64,000 nucleotides of DNA from Chrysomallon squamiferum. Taxonomy: Eukaryota; Animalia; Mollusca. Both the position numbers and the translations under genes were made by a program. Below the pieces are notes generated by a model, which saw only the letters and a list, made by a program, of their open reading frames with translations, was not told the DNA's origin and made no database searches. Shown piece by piece: positions 12,484 through 34,081 of this stretch (its first letter is position 1; the number at the start of each line of letters is the position of its first letter). The DNA lies in contig CM022676.1 in assembly GCA_012295275.1 (NCBI GenBank), forward strand, positions 2,418,001 through 2,482,000, written 5' to 3'.

Positions 12484-12623
12484 CAAACAAAAAAGAACCA
12501 CTTTAAATCTTTAAAATGATCGAAGAATTAGTGAGTACATCTCACCTAACGGACCTCACTCTAATCGATATGATTTTTTCTTTGCTTAGTTTATATATAT
12601 ATAGACAGACAGACAGACAGACA

Positions 12624-12676
<53 letters not shown>

Positions 12677-13063
12677 ACACAGAGAAAAACCTCTGGTACT
12701 GAATGCATATACAATTGTAAAAGAATCAAAATTCAATTAATTAAAAATTGCCAGACAATTTAAAAACAAATAAATTTCAGTATATTAATAAATACAAAAT
12801 GAAATAATAAATACTGATATTATAAAAACGATTCCATCAAATGACACAAAAAATTATTTTATTTACTGATTTTTTAATTATAACAACAATAAGCAAAGTA
12901 CACAGGATATATAAGAAATAAGTAAGTAAACAAATAAAGAACGACTTTGAAAGATTAAAACGATCGAAGTCTTATTGAGCACATCTCACCTATTGGACCT
13001 CACTCTAATCGATATGATTTTTTCTTTGGTTAGTTTATGTATATATATACAGATAGACAGACA

Positions 13064-13119
<56 letters not shown>

Positions 13120-16100
13120 TACAGAGAGAAAAACCTCTGGTACTGAATGAATATAAAAATTGTAAAAGAAACAAAATTCAATTAATTAAAAATTGCCAGA
13201 AAATTTAAAAACAAATACATTTCAGAACATTAATACATACAAAATGAAATAATAAATATTGATATTATAAAAACGATTCCACCAAATGACACAAAAAAAT
13301 ATTTTATTTACTGATTTTTTAATTATAACAACAATAAGCAAAGTAGACAGAAATAAGTAAGTAAACAAATAAAGAACGACTTTGAAAGTTTAAAACGATC
13401 GAAGGCTTAGTGAGTACATCTCACCTATTGGACGTCACTCTAATATATGTTTGTGAACACATATCACTAAAGGCAGATAAGTCTAATCGACATAATTGTT
13501 ACTTCGCTTAGTGAATACATCCCACGTAAGGGACTTAACTCTAATCGATATGATTTTTTCTTTGCTTTGTTTATATGTATACAGACAGACAGACACACCG
13601 ACACACACACACAGACAGAAAAACCTCTGGTACTGAATGATTATACAATTGTAGAAGAAACAAAATTCAATTAATTAAAAATTGCCAGAACATTTAAAAA
13701 CAAATAAATTTCAGAATATTAATAAATACAAAAAGAAATAATAAATACTGATATTAAAAAACCGATTCTATCAAATGACACCAAAAATTATTTTATTTAC
13801 TGATTTTTTAATTATAACAGGAACAAGCAAAGTGGACATTATAGAGTAAATAAATAAGCAAACAAAAAAGAACCACTTTTAAACTTTAAAATGATCGAAG
13901 AATTAGTGAATACATCTCACCTAAGGGAGCTCACTCTAATCGATATGATTTTTTCTTTGCTAAGTTTATATATATACAGACAGACAGACAGACACACACA
14001 CACACACACAATTACACAGAGAAAAACCTCTGGTACTGAATGAATATAAAAATTGTAAAAGAAACAAAATTCAATTAATTAAAAATTGCCAGAAAATTTA
14101 AAAACAAATACATTTCAGAATATTAATACATACAAAATGAAATAATAAATACTGATATTATAAAAACGATTCCATCAAATGACACAAACAATTATTTTAT
14201 TTACGGATTTTTTAATTATAACAACAATAAGCAAAGTAGACAGGATATATAAGAAATAAGTAAGTAAACAAATAAAGAACGACTTTGAAAGATTAAAACG
14301 ATCGAAGTCTTATTGAGCACATCTCACCTATTGGACCTCACTCTAATCGATATGATTTTTTCTTTGGTTAGTTTATGTATATATATATACAGACAGACAG
14401 ACAGACACACACACTCACACACAAACACAGACACTTACACAGAGAAAAACCACTGGTACTGAATGCATATACAATTTTAAAAGAATCAAAATTCAGTTAA
14501 TTAAAAATTGCCAGAAAATTTAAAAACAAATAAATTTCAGAATATTAATAAATACAAAATGAAATAATAAATATTGATATTATAAAAACGATTCCACAAA
14601 ATGACACAAATTTTTTTTTTATTTACTGATTTTTTAATTATAACAACAATAAGCAAAGTAGACAGAAATAAGTAAGTAAACAAATAAAGAACGACTTTGA
14701 AAGTTTAAAACGATCGAAGGCTTAGTGAGTACATCTCACCTATTGGACGTCACTCAAATATATGTTTGTGAACACATATCACTAAAGGCAGATAAGTCTA
14801 ATCGACATAATTGTTACTTCGCTTAGTGAATACATCCCACGTAAGGGACTTAACTCTAATCGATATGATTTTTTCTTTGCTTTGTTTATATGTATACAGA
14901 CAGACAGACACACCGACACACACACACAGACAGAAAAACCTCTGGTACTGAATGATTATACAATTGTAGAAGAAACAAAATTCAATTAATTAAAAATTGC
15001 CAGAACATTTAAAAACAAATAAATTGCAGAATATTAATAAATACAAAAAGAAATAATAAATACTGATATTAAAAAAACGATTCTATCAAATGACACCAAA
15101 AATTATTTTATTTACTGATTTTTTAATTATAACAGGAACAAGCAAAGTGGACATTATAGAGTAAATAAATAAGCAAACAAAAAAGAACCACTTTAAACTT
15201 TAAAATGATCGAAGAATTAGTGAATACGTCTCACCTAAGGGAGCTCACTCTAATCGATATGATTTTTTCTTTGCTAAGTTTATATATATACAGACAGACA
15301 GACAGACACACACACACACACACAATTACACAGAGAAAAACCTCTGGTACTGAATGAATATAAAATTGTAAAAGAAACAAAATTCAATTAATTAAAAATT
15401 GCCAGAAAATTTAAAAACAAATACATTTCAGAACATTAATACATACAAAATGAAATAATAAATATTGATATTATAAAAACGATTCCACCAAATGACACAA
15501 AAAAATATTTTATTTACTGATTTTTTAATTATAACAACAATAAGCAAAGTAGACAGAAATAAGTAAGTAAACAAATAAAGAACGACTTTGAAAGTTTAAA
15601 ACGATCGAAGGCTTAGTGAGTACATCTCACCTATTGGACGTCACTCTAATATATGTTTGTGAACACATATCACTAAAGGCAGATAAGTCTAATCGACATA
15701 ATTGTTACTTCGCTTAGTGAACACATCCCACGTAAGGGACTTAACTCTAATCGATATGATTTTTTCTTTGCTTTGTTTATATGTATACAGACAGACAGAC
15801 ACACCGACACACACAGACAGAAAAACCTCTGGTACTGAATGCTTATACAATTGTAGAAGAAACAAAATTCAATTAATTAAAAATTGCCAGAACATTTAAA
15901 AACAAATAAATTGCAGAATATTAATAAATACAAAAAGAAATAATAAATACTGATATTAAAAAAACGATTCTATCAAATGACACCAAAAATTATTTTATTT
16001 ACTGATTTTTTAATTATAACAGGAACAAGCAAAGTGGACATTATAGAGTAAATAAATAAGCAAACAAAAAAGAACCACTTTAAACTTTAAAATGATCGAA

Positions 16101-19100
16101 GAATTAGTGAATACGTCTCACCTAAGGGAGCTCACTCTAATCGATATGATTTTTTCTTTGCTAAGTTTATATATATACAGACAGACAGACAGACAGACAC
16201 ACACACACACAATTACACAGAGAAAAACCTCTGGTACTGAATGAATATAAAATTGTAAAAGAAACAAAATTCAATTAATTAAAAATTGCCAGAAAATTTA
16301 AAAACAAATACATTTCAGAATATTAATACATACAAAATGAAATAATAAATACTGATATTATAAAAACGATTCCATCAAATGACACAAACAATTATTTTAT
16401 TTACTGATTTTTTAATTATAACAACAATAAGCAAAGTAGACAGGATATATAAGAAATAAGTAAGTAAACAAATAAAGAACGACTTTGAAAGATTAAAACG
16501 ATCGAAGTCTTATTGAGCACATCTCACCTATTGGACCTCACTCTAATCGATATGATTTTTTCTTTGGTTAGTTTATGTATATATATATATACAGACAGAC
16601 AGACACACACACACACACACACTCACACACAAACACAGACACTTACACAGAGAAAAACCACTGGTACTGAATGCATATACAATTTTAAAAGAATCAAAAT
16701 TCAGTTAATTAAAAATTGCTAGAAAATTTAAAAACAAATAAATTTCAGAATATTAATAAATACAAAATGAAATAATAAATATTGATATTATAAAAACCAT
16801 TCCACCAAATGACACAAAAAATTATTTTATTTACTGATTTTTTAATTATCACAACAATAAGCAAAGTAGACAGAAATAAGTAAGTAAACAAATAAAGAAC
16901 GACTTTGAAAGTTTAAAACGATCGAAGGCTTAGTGAGTACATCTCACCTATTGGACGTCACTCTAATATATGTTTGTGAACACATATCACTAAAGGGAGA
17001 TAAGTCTAATCGACATAATTGTTACTTCGCTTAGTGAATACATCCCACGTAAGGGACTTAACTCTAATCGATATGATTTTTTCTTTGCTTTGTTTATATG
17101 TATACAGACAGACATACACACCGACACACACACACAGACAGAAAAACCTCTGGTACTGAATGATTATACAATTGTAGAAGAAACAAAATTCAATTAATTA
17201 AAAATTGCCAGAAAATTTAAAAAGAAATAAATTTCAGAATATTAATAAATACAAAAAGAAATAATAAATACTGATATTCAAAAAACGATTCTATCAAATG
17301 ACACAAAACATTGTTTTATTTACTGATTTTTTAATTATAACAGCAACAAGGAAAGTGGACATTATAGGGTAAATAAATAAGCAAACAAAAAAGAACCACT
17401 TTAAAACTTTAAAATGATCGAAGAATTAGTGAGTACATCTCACATAAGGGAGCTCACTCTAATCGATATGATTTTTTTGTTTGCTTAGTTTATATATATA
17501 CAGACAGACAGACAGACAGACACACACACACACAAACACACACACTTACACAGAGAAAAACCTCTGGTACTGAATGCATATACAATTTTAAAAGAATCAA
17601 AATTCAGTTAATTAAAAATCGCCAGAAAATTTAAAAACAAATACATTTCAGAATATTAATAAATACAAAATGAAATAATAAATATTGATATTATAAAAAC
17701 GATTCCACCAAATGACACAAAAAATTATTTTATTTACTGATTTTTTAATTATAACAACAATAAGCAAAGTAGACAGAAATAAGTAAGTAAACAAATAAAG
17801 AACGACTTTGAAAGTTTAAAACGATCGAAGGCTTAGTGAGTACATCTCACCTATTGGACGTCACTCTAATATATGTTTGTGAACACATATCACTAAAGGC
17901 AGATAAATCTAATCGACATAATTGTTACTTCGCTTAGTGAATACATCCCACGTAAAGGACTTAACTCTAATCGATATGATTTTTTCTTTGCTTTGTTTAT
18001 ATGTATACAGACAGACAGACACACCGACACACACACACAGACAGGAAAACCTCTGGTACTGAATGATTATACAATTGTAGAAGAAACAAAATTCAATTAA
18101 TTAAAAATTGCCAGAAAATTTAAAAAGAAATAAATTTCAGAATATTAATAAAAACAAAAAGAAATAATAAATACTAATATTAAAAAACCGATTCTATCAA
18201 ATGACACCAAAAATTATTTTATTTACAGATTTTTTAATTATAACAACAATAAGGAAAGTAGACAGGATATATAAGAAATAAGTAAGTAAACAAATAAAGA
18301 AAGACTGTGAAAGTTTAAAACGATCGAAGGCTTAGTGAGTACATCTCACCTATTGGACGTCACTCTAATATATGTTTGTGAACACATATCACTAAAGGGA
18401 GATAAGTCTAATCGACATAACTGTTACTTCGCTTAGTGAATACATCCCACGTAAGGGACTTAACTCTAATCGATATGATTTTTTCTTTCCTTTGTTTATA
18501 TATATACAGACAGACAGACACACCGACACACACACACAGACAGAAAAACCTCTGGTACTGAATGATTATACAATTGTAGAAGAAACAAAATTCAATTAAT
18601 TAAAAATTGCCAGAAAATTTTAAAACAAATAAATTTCAGAATATTAATAAATACAAAAAGAAATAATAAATACTGATATTAAAAAACCGATTCTATCAAA
18701 TGACACCAAAAATTATTTTATTCACAGATTTTTTAATTATAACAACAATAAGGAAAGTAGACAGGATATATAAGAAATAAGTAAGTAAACAAATAAAGAA
18801 AGACTGTGAAAGTTTAAAACGATCGAAGGCTTAGTGAGTATATCTCACCTATTGCACCTCACTCTAATATATGTTTGTGAACACATATCACTAAAGGGAG
18901 ATATGTCTAATTGACATAATTTTTACTTCGCTGAGTGAATACATCTGTCGTAAGGGACCTAACTCTAATCGATATGATTTTTTCTTTGCTTAGTATATAT
19001 ATATATATATACCGACAAACAGACAGATAGACAGAGAAACACACACTCTTACACAGAGAAAAACCTCTGGTACTGAATACTTATACAATTGTAAAAGAAA

Positions 19101-19725
19101 CAAAATTCAATTAATTTAAAATTGCCTGAAAGTTTAAATACAAATAAATTTCAGAATATTAATGAATACAAAAAGAAATAATAAATACTGGTATTATAAA
19201 AACCGATTCTATGAAATAACACAAAAAATTATTTTATGTATATATATACAGTATATATATGCTTAGTATATATATGCTTAGTATATATATATACAGACAG
19301 ACAGATAGACACACACACACTTAGAGAGAGAAAAACCTGTGGTACTGAATGCATATACAATTGTAAAAGAAACAAAATTCAATTAATTAAAAATTGCCTG
19401 TACATTTTTAATAAAAAATTCAGAATGTTAATAAATTCCAAAAGAAATAATTAGTTCTGATAGTAAAAAACCGATTCTAACAAATGACACAGTAAATTAT
19501 TTTATTTACCGATTTTTTTTTTATTATAACAACAATAAGCAAAGTAGGCAGGATGGAGTAAATAAATAAGCAGATAAATAAAGAACCACTTTAAAACTTT
19601 AAAATGATCGAAGACTTAGTGAGTACATCTCACGAAAGGTACCTAACTCTAATCGATAGGATTTTTTCTTTGCTTAGTATATATATGTATAGAGACAGAC
19701 ACAAACACACACAGACACAAGCAGT
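12484..19725 (+). repeat. Compound satellite, ~16-17 units of ~400-500 bp, each with an internal (GACA)n(CA)n tract
   Basis: Marker AAAAACCTCTGGTACTGAATG recurs near 12686, 13130, 13620, 14023, 14446, 14935, 15337, 15821, 16224, 16654, 17143, 17557, 18046, 18544, 19060 and 19332. Confidence 0.95.
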
Positions 19726-20140
19726 AGTATGACGTCACTAATCTAGAAAAGAGATGTCTTAAATATCTTAAAACGAAAATGACTATAGTCGACGCATGCT
19801 TCATGTTGGTAGAATATCACATCAATAAACAAGACGATGTCACCGAAACGTGTCTGAGATATATTTGGGAAGATAGCAAAGCTGTACTGAATTCAAAGAG
19901 TCTCACAGATCTGTGTCGCGAATGTTTTAGAAACATATTTGAACCTGATGATCTGAACGCCACTGAGGAGACAGTTTTTCATTCATGCATGAAATGGAGT
20001 GAAGCTGAGTGCAGACGACAGGAAAAAGAAATAACAGAAGAAAACAAACGTGAAATGCTGAGAAAAGAGGTGTACCTGATTGGCTCTCCACTTCTCGAAT
20101 CTTTTTCGAAGTAAAGTTTTGCCTAAAAATCTGTTATTAA
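19726..20140 (+). pseudogene. BTB C-terminus/BACK domain fragment (BTBD1/2/3/6-like)
   Basis: YDVTNLEKRCLKYL...EETVFHSCMKWSEAECRRQ...KREML...YLIGSPLL. Truncated at both ends. Inverted copy at 50184-50588. Confidence 0.82.
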
Positions 20141-20256
20141 AATCTATATTTATAGCTGAGTGTCTTTATCAAAATATATCTTTGTAATATACATGTGATG
20201 TTATCTCCATGATGTGCATTGTATGTATACATATGTAATGTATGTATAAACAGGGA

Positions 20257-27421
<7,165 letters not shown>

Positions 27422-27621
27422 NNNNNNNNNNNNNNNNNNNNNNNNNNNNNNNNNNNNNNNNNNNNNNNNNNNNNNNNNNNNNNNNNNNNNNNNNNNNNNN
27501 NNNNNNNNNNNNNNNNNNNNNNNNNNNNNNNNNNNNNNNNNNNNNNNNNNNNNNNNNNNNNNNNNNNNNNNNNNNNNNNNNNNNNNNNNNNNNNNNNNNN
27601 NNNNNNNNNNNNNNNNNNNNN
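27422..27621. other. Assembly gap (200 N)
   Basis: Run of N. Confidence 1.
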
Positions 27622-28660
27622 TTGTTATGTCCAGTTTCAACTTGTTAATCTGTATGTTTTGCCATTTGTTGTAGAACTCTGCTTATTGGATTACGTAATT
27701 GATCATTTTGTTTTTTGTTTTAGGAACCACATACGTAGAAGTTACCACTGAAATTCAAGTAAGTTTAATTTTGTTTGTAACAAGTAGACTTTGATTTCTG
27801 TTTCGGGTGAGCACATTTAGTATATTTTACATTTAGTGTAATTTGATTGTGCTAACGAACAACGTCGTTTATATTGTGAAACAGATACTGAGACGCTGAA
27901 ATTGTGATCCATTTTTATTCATTAAGTTTACTTACAAATAGTTTATATCTAATGAAATACAAATCACTTAGATGATGCGATCAAAACGACATTATTTTTT
28001 TATCAAATAAACACTCTTGAGAAATGTATTCATTTAACTCAAAAAGGTTCAGTTCAATTCGCAGTCCAATAATGTGACTATCAATAAATAACAATTAACA
28101 CTTATCGTAAATCTTGATTCTATTTGTAATAATAGCTTTTCTGTTGCTGTTTTGCAATATTTTATTTTAATTTTGTCTTATTTCATGCTGATGAGGTAAC
28201 AGATTGGCTTAATCATTTATAAATACCACTGAAACTGAAATTGTCATGAGTGTTTAATTTATTTGATTATGACATAAGATTCGTTATAATATAGACTTTT
28301 ATCTTCTGTCTGTCTGTGTGTCTCTCAGTCTGTCTGTCTGTCTCTCCATCCATGTATCTATCTATCAGTCTATCTATCTATCTATCTATGTATGTATGTA
28401 TGTATGTATGTATGTATTATATTAGATTGAATCTATATAATCTATCACTATAATTAAATAAAAGTACTTAATCAATACCATGAAAATAACATAACGAAAA
28501 CAATATTTCTGCAATTTATCTAAATCATTTTTACAATATACTTGAACATTTTAATCTTCGCCACGAATTCCAACGTACATCTTTTTGTTTTACAGTCACA
28601 TATTGCGTCTAATACGTTGAACATGTTGACTTGCCTCATTATCATGTATTATTGAATTAG

Positions 28661-28754
28661 GTGAACCGGCTATTTCCAAGCCCACAGATGCCGTACCTGC
28701 TGTTCACTCAGTCTGTTCCATGCTACTCGTGGTAGTCGGCGTTGTCATCTTCGT
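28661..28754 (+). CDS. Transmembrane exon: (G/S)EPAISKPTDAVPAVHSVCSMLLVVVGVVIFV
   Basis: AATTAG acceptor, GTAAGT donor, 94 nt. Upstream exons presumably lie in or beyond the gap. Confidence 0.72.
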
Positions 28755-29709
28755 GTAAGTCTACTTACTCTCTGTCTGTGTGTCTGTCCTACATATCTTC
28801 CTTCACTCACTGAGCTCTCTGGTTGCTTTTTCACGATCCTTCAAACAATTACTTTAAGAAAACCGGCACCATTTGAAACTCTCGTCCAGCCAACGTTAAT
28901 CTATTGTGAACAAACCCCTGAGTGATCCGGATGAGCACTGTAATTGTGTTACTATATATCTGTATTGCAGTCTTCTCTCTTAAGTAATCCTATAGTTTAT
29001 GAGAATTAAAAAACACTTTCACAGAAGAATACCCCCACTAGCAAATTCACTGAAAGAAAGCCTGAATATTTATTACTACTGAGTATTTATATATTTCAAA
29101 AATAAATTATATAATGAAACCGTCTGAATATGTGTATTAGTATTCTGCAGCATCAATCAGATAACATCGCATGTACCTGACACAGATACCTGATAAAGAT
29201 ACTCAGCTATAAATATAAAACAACCACTAGAAAATATATGACACCCAACACTGCACTTATACAAAATAAAGGGAACAACAAATGAGCGCAATCAATAAAA
29301 AAAAAAAAAAAAAACGAATTGTTTTGAAAGTTTCCTCAAGAATTATTTTACGAATTGTTTTAAAAGCTTCGTCGACAGTTATTTCCCCTTTCATGTTCTT
29401 ATCATTCTTCAGTGTGTTGGTTATTTTGTTTAACAGAATATATTAACTTCTTAATTTATTAACTCTTTACCAATCTTATTAGAGATTTAATTCGTGCTTA
29501 AATTAGATTAAACGCACTGCTTTAATTATTCAACTAGCTAACGTAATATTCTACCCTTATAAGCTTCTGAATTTTAAATAAAATATCAAGTACTGAAATG
29601 AAAGCAGCCTTTATTTATATGAATTAATAAAACCTTACTTTTAATATTTTTTTACTATCAGTACCTGTGAAGTGCATTTACTTTATTTATTTATTTATTT
29701 ATTTATTTA

Positions 29710-29769
<60 letters not shown>

Positions 29770-30322
29770 TTCATTGTTATTGTTGTTTAATAAATTTAAT
29801 CTTAAAGTCTATTTAAATGTGAAATGTTTTACAAAGGATTGTGAGATAGTTATTTATAATTAGACAGGAAAATCTTTAACAGTGGACAAAAGTAATTATT
29901 TATAATATTTATAAAGCATAAATAGATTATATGTTCTAAATTCTGTTTTCTTCTCTTTCTCCTTTCTTATACTTTCTTCTCCCCTTCCATTTGTGTATTC
30001 CCTCTTTCATTTTCATGTTATTTCGTATCTGCTTTCTTCCAGTGCTTGACTAGCGCCTTGTATTTAAAATAAAACAATAACATCTCCTGTTGACTGTGCA
30101 ACAACTGTCTCGATATGTGCAGACCATTCAACAGTTTATAAAGATTATTTACAGTTAAAAAAACTAAGTCAGTGCTTTAACCGCATATTTTATTTGTTAA
30201 TTTTACGTTAGACTAGCGGAGACAAGAATCACAGAGGGTATAGTTTCTTTATATCACCGGTCACATGACCCGTAATTTACATCCGGTATAAAGCTTTTCC
30301 GTTTTTCTTAGATTTTTTAACC

Positions 30323-30377
30323 ATGTCCACAGTAATCACTGTTATTTTATTAACAAGTTTAACATTGACTTCAACTG
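30323..30377 (+). CDS. Leader exon 1a: MSTVITVILLTSLTLTST(G)
   Basis: ACCATG context, 55 nt, GTAAGT donor. Confidence 0.82.
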
Positions 30378-30549
30378 GTAAGTTCTACTTTATTTGTTTT
30401 TGTTTATGTCTTAATAACTATAACACTTGCCTTTCACAGACATGTCGATGAGACGATGAAGTATTTTATAAATAGGTTTCTGAACTGATTTCTTTTTTAT
30501 CTGTTAGTGTTACATTTCTTCATTTACGTTGTTCTTAGATTCTTTAACC

Positions 30550-30604
30550 ATGTCCACAACAATGACTGTTATTTTATTAACAAGTTTAACATTGACTTCA
30601 ACTG
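30550..30604 (+). CDS. Leader exon 1b: MSTTMTVILLTSLTLTST(G)
   Basis: ACCATG context, 55 nt, GTGAGT donor. Confidence 0.8.
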
Positions 30605-31377
30605 GTGAGTTTTACTTTATTTGTTTTTGTTTAGCTATAAATACAAGTCTTCAGTTTTGAAGTATTTTATAAACAGGTTTATAAGTGATTTTTAGTTTGG
30701 ATAAGTGCAGTGTTTGGTTTCATATATTTATAGTTCTTGAGTTGTTGTTTTTTATTTGTAACTGATTACCTTTATCAAAATATAGCTGCTTCATGTACAT
30801 GCGATGTTATCTGACTGATATTGCAGTATATTTATACCTACATTCAGACCGTTACATTATATACTTTATTTTTGAAATATATATGAAATCTACTTGTATT
30901 GTGTGCATGGCTGTGTCTCTCTCTCTGTCTGCCTGTCTGTCTGTACTGCTCTCTATCTGAGTGTATCCGTGTGTTTGAAAATATAATCATATTACTCCCG
31001 TCAATTATACTTTCCTCTTAAATACTATGTTTTTATTTACATTTTATTTCGAAAAATGTTCTTATTCTATTATTAATCTTTTGCATTTTAAATAATCTCT
31101 TGAGAATATTATTGTTTCATTTTTTTGTATTTCAAACTTAGTGGTTTAAATTTATTTAAATACATTACTAATCTATTATTCTATGAATTTGACATAGACT
31201 AATTCTTCAATTTCGATGAAATATTTGAAATATAGAAGCAAACTCATTAAATTAAAATTAATGTTTTCTTCTGATTTATATGATAAACGTATTCTGCAGA
31301 TTAAGAAATATATAAGATTGACAATGGAAACGTTTACTACATTTTTGAGTTATTTCATTGTACATGTGTACTTACAG

Positions 31378-31781
31378 GTGAAGCCGCAAAACTGACAATC
31401 AGCCCACGTCCTGTTTATGAAGGAGTTCCCGTGACAGTCATATGTAGTCTTGGTAACATTATCAGTGAGGTTGATATACTTACTTCTGTATCAGTGAGCA
31501 GAAGACTTCTCAGCAATCGCAGTACTAGTGTTATGATAGCTTCTGCTATCACTCTAAAGAATGGAGGTAAAGCTGGTTTTAAAAGATGTTAAACAACTTT
31601 GTATCTAGAGCGACAGTGACAGGAAAGTCTGACAACAATGACAAATCAGGATCTTTTATCCAGGTTCAACTGACAGGAATGACTTGCAGTGATTCAGGAG
31701 AATATTTATGTGTAATTGGTTATAACACGCTTGCTGGTAATCCAGATATGTCTAAAAGTTCTGAAAACATCACCATTCTAA
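31378..31781 (+). pseudogene. Ig V-like domain exon with +2 frameshift (GEAAKLTISP...VICSLG...CSDSGEYLC...NITIL)
   Basis: TTACAG acceptor, GTAAGT donor. 404 nt versus 402 nt in the paralog; extra bases near 31575 and 31590 create TAA at 31590-31592. DxGxYxC motif present. Confidence 0.88.
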
Positions 31782-32241
31782 GTAAGTGAAAACATGATTT
31801 ATTTTTATGAGTTGTCGTGCATTTAGAGAATTTCATTTCTTGTGTTGTTGATTATATAACACTACCAACGAAAGTAAGTTAAAGCATGGTTTTATATAAT
31901 ATTAGTTGTCGACGTATTTGGGTGAATTCACTTCTTTTATTACTGATTATACAACATTACTAGAGAAAGTAAGTGAAGATGCCATTTCAAATAAATGAAA
32001 TGTTTATGTGTTTTATGTCTCCTATTTGTACTTGTGTAAAAATATCTAAGTAAATAAGCGAGAAAGAAAATGTTCAACAGAAACAATTACTTTTCAAAAT
32101 TAGTCGAAAAAAGTATATTTGTATATAATACAAATTTCGTCTAAGTATCTAACTGTCTAAATATATATATATATATATATATAATTGAACTAAATTACAG
32201 AAAAAAGCAGTGTTTATTTATTTCCTGTTTTTATATTTCAG

Positions 32242-32574
32242 CAAAGCCAGGTGAAATCGAAATGATCGTTACACCAAGAAAGGAGTTCAGCCCCTATGTT
32301 GTCAGTGAAACTGTAGAGTTCAGGTGTAATGGAAATGTTGGTAACCCAGCACAGTCCTGGTCGTGGCAGTCGAAGTACGCTGCTGACATGCAGTGGATGC
32401 CGTACCCATATACAGACAGAATCAAAGATGACCCACCTACACTATCTGGGTGTGAGAACAGAGGAAGTTCTGTTTTAAATCACACTGTATCTCTCACTGA
32501 CAACGCACGAATGTTCAGATGCATTGTGGGTAACACTGAGTTGTATTCTGCAAACTTTACCATCAATACTGAAA
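32242..32574 (+). CDS. Ig C2/I-set-like domain exon
   Basis: 333 nt, open, phase 1-1. Close paralog of 10444-10776. Confidence 0.9.
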
Positions 32575-33942
32575 GTAAGATTTCAATTTATTTGGTTTTA
32601 GAATGAAAATCATTGCTGTATGAGGAAACCATTGTTATATGTAACGTATAACAACATTGTTTTAAGAAGGCAACTGAATTGAAATGATTTAACGGAAGAA
32701 AACGACAGCCATCATGTTGATGTTATGTCGTGTTTTAATTTGCTAATCTCCATGTTTTGTCATTTCTTGTAGAAGCCAGCTTATTGGATTACGTAAATAA
32801 TGATTTATTATCTTTCAGTCACCCAACACGAATAGGCTACTTGATGTGTTGAAACACACACTATGAACAGTCAGTGTATTAGCACTGCACTCAAGTCTAT
32901 TGCGTTACTTTCTTTCCATTTTTCTGTTAATCACTGCAGCTAAGCATCTTTCTGCAGTATGCAGTTTTCATTTCATCTATGCACTTCTGCATGTGTTTCT
33001 GTTTTCCTCTTTGTTTGTGTGCTGTATCAATATAAAAGTAATAATTATTTTATTTCTAAATCTCATGTTTCTTTTTTATAAATGATAAGTACCGTCTTGT
33101 TTATGTATAAACAATGTTAATACTGACTCATTTCAGTTTAAAATGTAACTCGAACGTACCAGGAGAGTAGATCATACAGAATTATATTTCAATTGGTGCT
33201 GACTTATAAATAATATCATACAAATCACTCTAATTATTGCTGTGTTATTCATCGGGTAAAGATAATTGTGAAATGACGGATTTATATTTGTGTAGTGTTT
33301 TAATCGTGCACTATTATGTATGTTACAACATAAACATTTTAACATTTACCTCAGCAAGTAAAATAATTTTCATAATTGTTTATTTCTCAACATTTTTTTT
33401 GTGTTTTTGTATTAAAGAAAAGCTCATCAATCGAGGAAGTATATTTGTAAATTTTCCCATGTTAATTTTTAAATTTTATTATTATTATTATTTTTCTTTT
33501 TATATAGACATTATGTTTATTTTACACTGAAAGTAAGTCTTGGTATTAATAGTAATATGAAATTTTTCTATTTTTAGTCTGCATTATAGATACTACGATA
33601 TTTTTATTTTATGATATTTGATGCCGATATCTTTACAAGTTTGAAACTCGTGGTTTATACTGCTTTGTAAGCTTTAGAAGATTTAGATGTAATAATGAGG
33701 ATAGCTATAAAAATATAGATAATACACACTATATATGTAATGTCTTAAATAATTATTTTATCAACACATCTTTACAGTAAAGTTGATTGTGTTTACCTTT
33801 AAGTTGAAAATTAATTTGAATACATGGACTAAACAATTATATCAGTCAATTATTGTGATAGTATATTCGATGTAATCATGGATGATATTGACTTGGTTTA
33901 TAATCATTAATTATATGAACATATTTAACGTTGCTTTCCAAG

Positions 33943-34081
33943 CCGGTGTCACATCGACTGTAAAAGAAAATATCATCGATTGTGAATGTAACAAAACTGC
34001 TGTAACTGCCATTGCTGTAGTTATAATTGATTTTCTAACATTACCATTGAAAATAAGAGAAGGCGTGATTTTTATGTATTG
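33943..34081 (+). CDS. Putative degenerate or charged TM exon: AGVTSTVKENIIDCECNKTAVTAIAVVIIDFLTLPLKIREGVIFMYW
   Basis: AG/GT bounded, 139 nt, phase 1 to 2: same length and phase as TM exon 62852-62990, with a similar 3' end. Confidence 0.5.

Larger units (their letters stand above)
27622..30510. repeat. Inverted paralog of ~10300-8925, then ~6790-6650 and ~2235-1010
   Basis: Linker exon, TM exon, start of the hAT remnant and type A promoter/leader all appear in reverse complement. The tail exon is absent. Confidence 0.85.

Noticed and set aside
12484-19725. Repeat array resembling CRISPR
   Set aside because: Units are 400-500 bp with no unique spacers, no cas genes, and the context is eukaryotic.
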